DNA of 64,000 nucleotides from Acholeplasmataceae bacterium (GTDB taxonomy: Bacteria; Bacillota_I; Bacilli_A; Acholeplasmatales; Acholeplasmataceae). The translations under genes and the position numbers were made by a program. This document shows, piece by piece, positions 58,304 through 64,000 of the stretch (its first letter is position 1; every line of letters begins with the position of its first letter). The stretch spans positions 6,189 through 70,188 of the forward strand of contig JAIOQX010000004.1 of assembly GCA_021108415.1 (NCBI GenBank), in the 5' to 3' direction. The notes under the pieces are model-generated. The model saw only the letters and a program-made list of their open reading frames with translations, was not told the DNA's origin and did no database searches.

Positions 58304-60112
58304 ATGTTAGAAAGAACACAAGTCTTGATATGTGGTGGAACTGGTTGTATGAGTTCTCACTCAAAAGAAATCAAACAAGCATTTGAAGATGAATTAACTA
58401 ATCTAGGCATTAAAGAAGAAGTTGGCCTTATTCTTACAGGCTGTTTTGGTCTATGCGAAAGAGGACCAGTTATTGTCATTTATCCTGATGAAACTTTTTA
58501 TGCTCATGTAAAGGTATCTGATGTAAAAACTATCTGTGAAGAACATTTATTAAAAGGCAGACATATCGAAAGATTATTAGTTAAAAATCCTCTTGATCGA
58601 AGTAAAATCAAACAAATGAGTCAATTAACATTTTATTCTAAACAAAAACGTATTGCACTTAGAAACTGTGGACAAATTAATCCACTTGATATAGATGAAT
58701 ACATTGCTAGAGATGGTTATTTGGCATTAGGTGAAGCCTTAACAAAAATGACTCCTAAAGAAGTTATTGATGAAGTCTTAGAATCAGGATTAAAAGGAAG
58801 AGGCGGTGGAGGATTTCTTACAGGTAAAAAGTGGGAATTTGCTGCTCAATCAGAAAGTGATATTAAATATGTTATATGTAATGCTGATGAGGGTGATCCA
58901 GGTGCATTTATGGATAGAGCAATTCTAGAAGGTGATCCACATTCTATTTTAGAAGCGATGGCACTTTGTGGCTATGCAATTGGATCAAATCAAGGCTATA
59001 TTTATGTAAGAGCTGAGTATCCTGTTGCGGTTGAAAGATTAAAACATGCCATTGATCAAGCAAAAAAATATCAACTTTTAGGTGATAATATTTTTGGAAC
59101 TGGTTTTAGTTTTGATATTGATATCAGACTGGGAGCTGGAGCATTTGTATGTGGTGAAGAGACTGCACTCATTAAATCAATTGAAGGATTTAGAGGTATG
59201 CCAGTTTTAAAACCTCCTTTTCCAGCAAAAAAAGGACTATGGGGATATCCTACCAATGTAAATAATGTTGAGACATTAGCAAATATTCCAGTTATCTTTT
59301 TAAAGGGTGCTGATTATTTTAAATCAATTGGTACAAAAAATTCCACAGGTACAAAAGTTTTTGCTTTAGGTGGGAAAATAAATAATACTGGGTTAGTAGA
59401 AGTTCCTATGGGAACAACTTTAAGAGAAGTTGTTTTTGACATTGGTGGAGGCATACCCAATAAAAGAAAGTTTAAAGCGATTCAAACAGGTGGTCCATCT
59501 GGAGGATGTATTACAGAAAAAGATTTAGATACGCCAATTGATTTTGACAATCTAAAAAAACTAGGATCTATGATGGGTTCTGGTGGTATGATTATCATGG
59601 ATGAAGATAATTGTATGGTAGATGTTGCTAGATTCTATTTAGAATTTACAGTAGAAGAATCATGTGGTAAATGTACACCATGTCGTGAAGGTACAAAACA
59701 AATGCTAGATATCCTAAATCGCATTTGTGAAGGTGATGGAACGCTAGAAGATATTGATGAACTAGAAAAACTAGGAAAAATGATTCAACAAACTTCTTTA
59801 TGCGGACTTGGACAAACTGCACCAAATCCTGTGTTATCTACAATTAAACATTTTAGAGATGAATATATCGCACATGTTGTTGATAAAGCATGTCCAGCTG
59901 GTGTATGTGCACCGTTGACAAATTTTGTTATTGACGATGGTTGTATTGGATGCACTAAATGTGCGAAAAATTGCCCAGTAAATGCGATTTCTGGTTGGCC
60001 AAAACAAATTCATTTGATTGATGCTGAATTATGCATTAAGTGTGGAGCTTGTAAGAAGGCATGCCCTGTTGGTGCAATTTCAAGTGTTCCAAGTATTAGA
60101 GGTGAAGCATAA
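58304..60112 (+). CDS. hydB: NuoF-like FMN/NADH subunit of multimeric [FeFe] hydrogenase (HydB/HndC)
   Basis: N-terminal CGGTGC..GCFGLC; GRGGGGF, CNADEGDPGAFMDR, GAGAFVCGEETAL, GGPSG, ESCGKCTPCREG; C-terminal 2x[4Fe-4S]. Confidence 0.93.
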   Translation: MLERTQVLICGGTGCMSSHSKEIKQAFEDELTNLGIKEEVGLILTGCFGLCERGPVIVIYPDETFYAHVKVSDVKTICEEHLLKGRHIERLLVKNPLDRSKIKQMSQLTFYSKQKRIALRNCGQINPLDIDEYIARDGYLALGEALTKMTPKEVIDEVLESGLKGRGGGGFLTGKKWEFAAQSESDIKYVICNADEGDPGAFMDRAILEGDPHSILEAMALCGYAIGSNQGYIYVRAEYPVAVERLKHAIDQAKKYQLLGDNIFGTGFSFDIDIRLGAGAFVCGEETALIKSIEGFRGMPVLKPPFPAKKGLWGYPTNVNNVETLANIPVIFLKGADYFKSIGTKNSTGTKVFALGGKINNTGLVEVPMGTTLREVVFDIGGGIPNKRKFKAIQTGGPSGGCITEKDLDTPIDFDNLKKLGSMMGSGGMIIMDEDNCMVDVARFYLEFTVEESCGKCTPCREGTKQMLDILNRICEGDGTLEDIDELEKLGKMIQQTSLCGLGQTAPNPVLSTIKHFRDEYIAHVVDKACPAGVCAPLTNFVIDDGCIGCTKCAKNCPVNAISGWPKQIHLIDAELCIKCGACKKACPVGAISSVPSIRGEA

Positions 60113-61872
60113 TGAGTAAACAAATAAACATTAATATTAATGGTATTGATTTTGCAGCAAACGAAAATGAAACGATTTTACAAGTTGCAGAAAAAAACAA
60201 TATATATATTCCTAGACTTTGTTATTTAAAAGACATCCATGAAGATGGAAATTGCAGATTATGTTCAGTAAAAGTTGAGGGTCAACACAATTTAAAACCT
60301 GCATGTAAAACGATGGTTGAAGATGGAATGAAAATCATAACTGATGACCAAGAAGTATATGATACTGTAAGTATGAACTTAGAATTATTGACACATAGAC
60401 ATGTCTTTGAGTGTTTTAAATGTTCAAGAGAGAATAACTGTGAGTTTCTTGATTTATTAAGAAGATACTCAATTGATAATGAGTTTACCAATATGTATGG
60501 AGCAAATGATCACGAGTACTATTATCAAGATAGTTCTGGTGTGATGATTATAGATAGTTCAAAATGCGTATTATGTGGTAGATGTGTATCTGCATGCGAA
60601 GCTCAATCAGGGCTAAGTGTATTGCATTTTAATGAACGTGGAAACAAAACATATGTAGGTCCTGCTCAATTTCACGAACTTGCAGATAGTGGTTGTATTT
60701 ATTGTGGTAAATGTATTGGTGCATGTCCAACAGGAGCGCTTAGAGAATCAGATGACATTAAACCAATAGAAAGAATACTAAGAGATCCAAGTAAAACAGT
60801 TGTCGTTCAAGTTGCACCTGCAGTTAGAGCTGCATTAGGTGAAGAATTTGATTATCCAATTGGAACAAATGTTGAAGGCAAACTGTTTAGTGCATTAAAA
60901 GAATTAGGTATCCACGAAATTATGGATACTAACTTTACTGCTGATTTAACGATTATGGAAGAGGGCACTGAATTTATACATCGTCTTGAGCATGATGGTA
61001 TTTTCCCGATGTTTACATCTTGTTCACCAGGTTGGATCAATCTTTTAGAACTTAATTATCCAGAATTTATACCTAACCTTTCATCATGTAAATCACCTCA
61101 ACAAATGGCAGGAGCATTAATTAAAACGTATTATGCAGATAAACTAGAAGTTGATGCTAAAGACATCATCTCTGTTTCTTTAATGCCTTGTATCGCTAAA
61201 AAGGAAGAAGCAAGACGACCAGAGATGGGTAGAGATGGATATCAAGATGTTGATTATGTGCTAACGACTAGAGAGTTTGCAAGACTAATTAAAAGACGTG
61301 GTATAGACTTTAGAAACTTAAAAGATAGTAAACCTTATGGTATGTTATCAAGTTATACAGGAGCAGGCGCAATCTTTGGTGCAACTGGTGGTGTTATGGA
61401 AGCTGCACTTAGATCAGTCAGTGAAATTTTAGATAAAAAAGAAACTGCTATTGATTTTAAAGAAGTTAGAGGTAATGAAGATATTAAAGAAGCTAGTTTT
61501 AAAATAGCAGGTAAAGATATTAAAGTTGCTGTTGTCCATGGTGGCGTTGCGATTCAAGCATTTCTAGATGAATTAAAAGTAAATCCAAAAGCTTACCATT
61601 TTGTAGAATTTATGGGATGTACCGGAGGATGTATTAATGGTGGTGGACAACCAATCGTTAAAGCAAGAGATCAAGAAAAATATGATGTAAGAGCACTTAG
61701 AGCTGGTGTTTTATATGATATAGATGCTAAAGCGACTTTAAGAAAATCTCACCATAATGAATTTGTTAAAAAATTATATGAAGAGTTTTTAGAAAAACCG
61801 CATTCTAAAAAAGCACACGAATTACTTCATACCACATATGAAAAACGAGAAGCATATCAAAATGTTAAATAA
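60112..61872 (+). CDS. hydA: [FeFe] hydrogenase catalytic subunit, group A (HydA/HndD)
   Basis: 2Fe-2S (IPRLC..CRLC), His-ligated 4Fe-4S, 2x4Fe-4S; H-cluster motifs TSCSPGW, MPCIAKKEE, EFMGCTGGCINGGG. Confidence 0.95.
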   Translation: MSKQINININGIDFAANENETILQVAEKNNIYIPRLCYLKDIHEDGNCRLCSVKVEGQHNLKPACKTMVEDGMKIITDDQEVYDTVSMNLELLTHRHVFECFKCSRENNCEFLDLLRRYSIDNEFTNMYGANDHEYYYQDSSGVMIIDSSKCVLCGRCVSACEAQSGLSVLHFNERGNKTYVGPAQFHELADSGCIYCGKCIGACPTGALRESDDIKPIERILRDPSKTVVVQVAPAVRAALGEEFDYPIGTNVEGKLFSALKELGIHEIMDTNFTADLTIMEEGTEFIHRLEHDGIFPMFTSCSPGWINLLELNYPEFIPNLSSCKSPQQMAGALIKTYYADKLEVDAKDIISVSLMPCIAKKEEARRPEMGRDGYQDVDYVLTTREFARLIKRRGIDFRNLKDSKPYGMLSSYTGAGAIFGATGGVMEAALRSVSEILDKKETAIDFKEVRGNEDIKEASFKIAGKDIKVAVVHGGVAIQAFLDELKVNPKAYHFVEFMGCTGGCINGGGQPIVKARDQEKYDVRALRAGVLYDIDAKATLRKSHHNEFVKKLYEEFLEKPHSKKAHELLHTTYEKREAYQNVK

Positions 61873-62761
61873 AAAAATATGGTTATCTCTTTTATGTGTT
61901 AGTTTATTATCACTTGTAACAGGTTGTAAAAAAGAGGCTATTTCTATGGTCGTGCCTTATGGAGGACCACAATTTGCTCAACTTTATATGCAAGATAGAG
62001 AAGATTATGATGTAACAATTGTAGAAGGAGCAGATCCTTTAGTCGCAGCATTTGGATCAGCAAGTTATGATGTAATATTTGCGCCAACTAATTTGGGAGC
62101 TAAACTTTATGATTCAAAACCAGATTATCAACTTATTGCAAGTATTGCTTGGGGAAGTTATTATCTGATAAGTGATCATAGTTTTACCTTAGATGATTTA
62201 GACCAAAGTGAAATTGTTACTTTTGGCGAAAATCAAACACCAGATGCGATCTTAAAATACATTTTAGATGAAAACGAGATAGAAGCGACTTTCGATTATA
62301 AAGATAGTTTAAATGCTGTTGTAGCTTCTTTTATACTAGATACGAGTAAGGTTTATTTACTTAGCGAACCTGCAATCAGTATTTTATATGATACATACGT
62401 GTTAAATCATATTGATTTACAAGTTGAATATGAAAAATTAACGGGGTATGAAAGCTATCCTCAAGCAAGTGTTTTTGCACATAAAGATTTAAGCGAAGAA
62501 AAAATCAATCAAATTAAAGTAGATCTTGAATCTTCTATTATAAGTTTGAATGAAAATCAAGAAGATGCAGCTGCATTAGCAATTAGTTTAGGCATAGATT
62601 TATCTGAAAACGTCATTATACGTGCCATTCCTAAATTTCACATTAAATACGTTGATGCACTTGATGCAAAAGATGATATCATTAAATATCTAGAATTACT
62701 TCAGGATTTTAATCCTAATTTTATAGGAGAAGAACTACCAGATCAGTCTTTTTATAGATGA
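61862..62761 (+). CDS. ABC transporter substrate-binding lipoprotein, NitT/TauT family
   Basis: Lipobox LVTGC; VPYGGP, DVIFAPTNLGAKLY, FGENQTPD, EP..S, YPQ. Confidence 0.8.
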   Translation: MLNKKIWLSLLCVSLLSLVTGCKKEAISMVVPYGGPQFAQLYMQDREDYDVTIVEGADPLVAAFGSASYDVIFAPTNLGAKLYDSKPDYQLIASIAWGSYYLISDHSFTLDDLDQSEIVTFGENQTPDAILKYILDENEIEATFDYKDSLNAVVASFILDTSKVYLLSEPAISILYDTYVLNHIDLQVEYEKLTGYESYPQASVFAHKDLSEEKINQIKVDLESSIISLNENQEDAAALAISLGIDLSENVIIRAIPKFHIKYVDALDAKDDIIKYLELLQDFNPNFIGEELPDQSFYR

Positions 62762-62769
62762 GGTGTCTC

Positions 62770-63507
62770 ATGAAAAATTCAGCAATTAAAATATCGTCAG
62801 TTTTATCATTAGTTTTTATATGGTATTTGATATATATAATTATTGATCATCCACTTTTAATACCACCTATATCTAAAGTAGTTGAAACATTTTTTAAGAT
62901 GTTAATCGAATCAGATTTTTTAAATGCCTTATGGCATACATCATTTAGACTTATTATAAGTCTTGCAATCTCATTGGTTTGTGGTATTTCATTAGGATAT
63001 TTATCTGCAAAAAATAAGACAGTTGAACTTATACTTAGACCGCATGTAACCATCCTAAAAACGATACCTGTTATTTCTGTAATCATCATTATGTATATAT
63101 TGGTCGGTTATCAAATTGCACCATATGTAATTACATTTTTTATGATATTTCCTATATTTTATCAAGCTACTTATCAAGGCATTAAAGCGATAAACCAAGA
63201 TTTACTAGATGTCTATCATCTAGAGATGGAAAATAGATATTTAGAGATAAAATATGTTTATCTACAAAATATTAAAGATTATTTAATCCTTGCGTTCTTC
63301 CAATCTTTTGGACTAGGATTTAAGGTTTTAGTAACCTCAGAGTATATAACACAAACTAATCAATCTATAGGTAAACTACTCTATCAGGCAAAAGTAAATT
63401 TAGCTTATGATAAAGTATTTGCACTAACAATTGTATTGGTTATAATTACTGTAGTGGTTGAAATGTTAATGAAATTTTTTAAAAATAAAATGTTAAATGA
63501 AACTTAA
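62770..63507 (+). CDS. ABC transporter permease, NitT/TauT family
   Basis: LLIPP, TSFRL, LKTIPVIS, GLGFKVLVTSE, IGKLLY. Confidence 0.85.
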   Translation: MKNSAIKISSVLSLVFIWYLIYIIIDHPLLIPPISKVVETFFKMLIESDFLNALWHTSFRLIISLAISLVCGISLGYLSAKNKTVELILRPHVTILKTIPVISVIIIMYILVGYQIAPYVITFFMIFPIFYQATYQGIKAINQDLLDVYHLEMENRYLEIKYVYLQNIKDYLILAFFQSFGLGFKVLVTSEYITQTNQSIGKLLYQAKVNLAYDKVFALTIVLVIITVVVEMLMKFFKNKMLNET

Positions 63508-63530
63508 TCTCATGATTTTTAAGAATTTTG

Positions 63531-63555
63531 CTATATACAAAGTATATAGTTTTTT
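63531..63555 (+). terminator. Terminator closing the hydrogenase-ABC operon
   Basis: ctatatac-aaa-gtatatag plus T run. Confidence 0.6.
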
Positions 63556-63630
63556 CTTTGATATTTTTAAGTTTTATATTTCCTTGTTTTTTGATATATT
63601 AGTAATGAAGACATAAAAGTGAGGTGCAAT

Positions 63631-64000
63631 ATGAAAAGCATATTTTCAATAGGAGAACTGTTGATTGACTTTATTCCAAAAGAAAAAGGTGTAGGCATAA
63701 AAGATGTTAATCTATTTATTAAAATGCCAGGTGGTGCACCGGCCAATGTTTGTGTAGCTGTTTCTAGATTGGGTGGAGATGCAAAATTTATAGGACAAGT
63801 TGGACAAGATGGATTTGGAGATTTTTTAAAACAGACTCTTTTAAATGAGCGAGTTGATACTAGATATTTATTTCAAACCGAAAATGCGCGTACAGCATTG
63901 GCATTTGTTACATTATCTGATTTAGGTGAAAGAGAATTTGCTTTTTATAGAAATCCTAGTGCGGATCAAATGCTAGAAAAAGAAAAAATCAAAGAAATTG
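63631..64000 (+). CDS. PfkB-family carbohydrate kinase (fructokinase-like), truncated by window end
   Basis: My translation MKSIFSIGELLIDFIP..PGGAPANV..RLGG..FIGQVGQDGFG..T.LAFV..GEREF.FYRNPSAD; RBS gaggtg; absent from ORF track because no stop lies in the window. Confidence 0.9.
   Translation, partial: MKSIFSIGELLIDFIPKEKGVGIKDVNLFIKMPGGAPANVCVAVSRLGGDAKFIGQVGQDGFGDFLKQTLLNERVDTRYLFQTENARTALAFVTLSDLGEREFAFYRNPSADQMLEKEKIKEI

Noticed and set aside
61006-61035. HydA L1 motif TSCSPGW instead of TSCCPGW as a sign of inactivation
   Set aside because: C[CS]P is a recognised natural variant of the motif and the other H-cluster motifs are intact
5868-63089. Short antisense or nested ORFs in the track (e.g. 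5868, 7413, 8101, 8301, 8714, 15405, 16011, 18274, 19417, 20759, 21242, 22054, 25582, 25813, 26782, 49610, 49743, 54919, 59071, 60282, 60852, 62847)
   Set aside because: All overlap confident genes or regulatory regions, show no recognisable motif, and look like shadow frames of AT-rich coding DNA
1-64000. Mycoplasma-type UGA=Trp recoding
   Set aside because: Several complete proteins end at TGA (e.g. 931, 3662) and no conserved gene is interrupted by TGA

Overview
AT-rich, gene-dense chromosomal segment of a free-living anaerobic low-GC bacterium. It uses the standard genetic code (TGA acts as stop). A ClpB lacking its N-domain plus the overall gene content suggest a wall-less Bacilli lineage (Acholeplasmataceae/Izemoplasmatales-like); this is inference. 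The left ~1.2 kb looks like the end of an accessory island: an AbiEii-type nucleotidyltransferase followed by recurring TTGATAC palindromes and repeats. Next come a lone pilin-LRR gene, three c-di-GMP enzymes around pyk, peptidases, CIRCE-controlled clpB, tRNA-Cys, a Trp T-box-controlled stand-alone trpB, several hydrolases, arcA and a hybrid histidine kinase. The right half holds a Leu dehydrogenase-Vor (branched-chain amino acid fermentation) operon, an LtaS-like gene, a maltodextrin cluster and a tightly coupled [FeFe]-hydrogenase (HydABC/Hnd-type) operon. That operon embeds an uncharacterised DRTGG / Ser-Thr kinase / PHP / HATPase module and an ATPase-less ABC pair. A cre-like operator recurs at three catabolic promoters. 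No CRISPR array, rRNA, IS or integrase was seen. Some starts were moved from the ORF track to the codon with the better ribosome-binding site.
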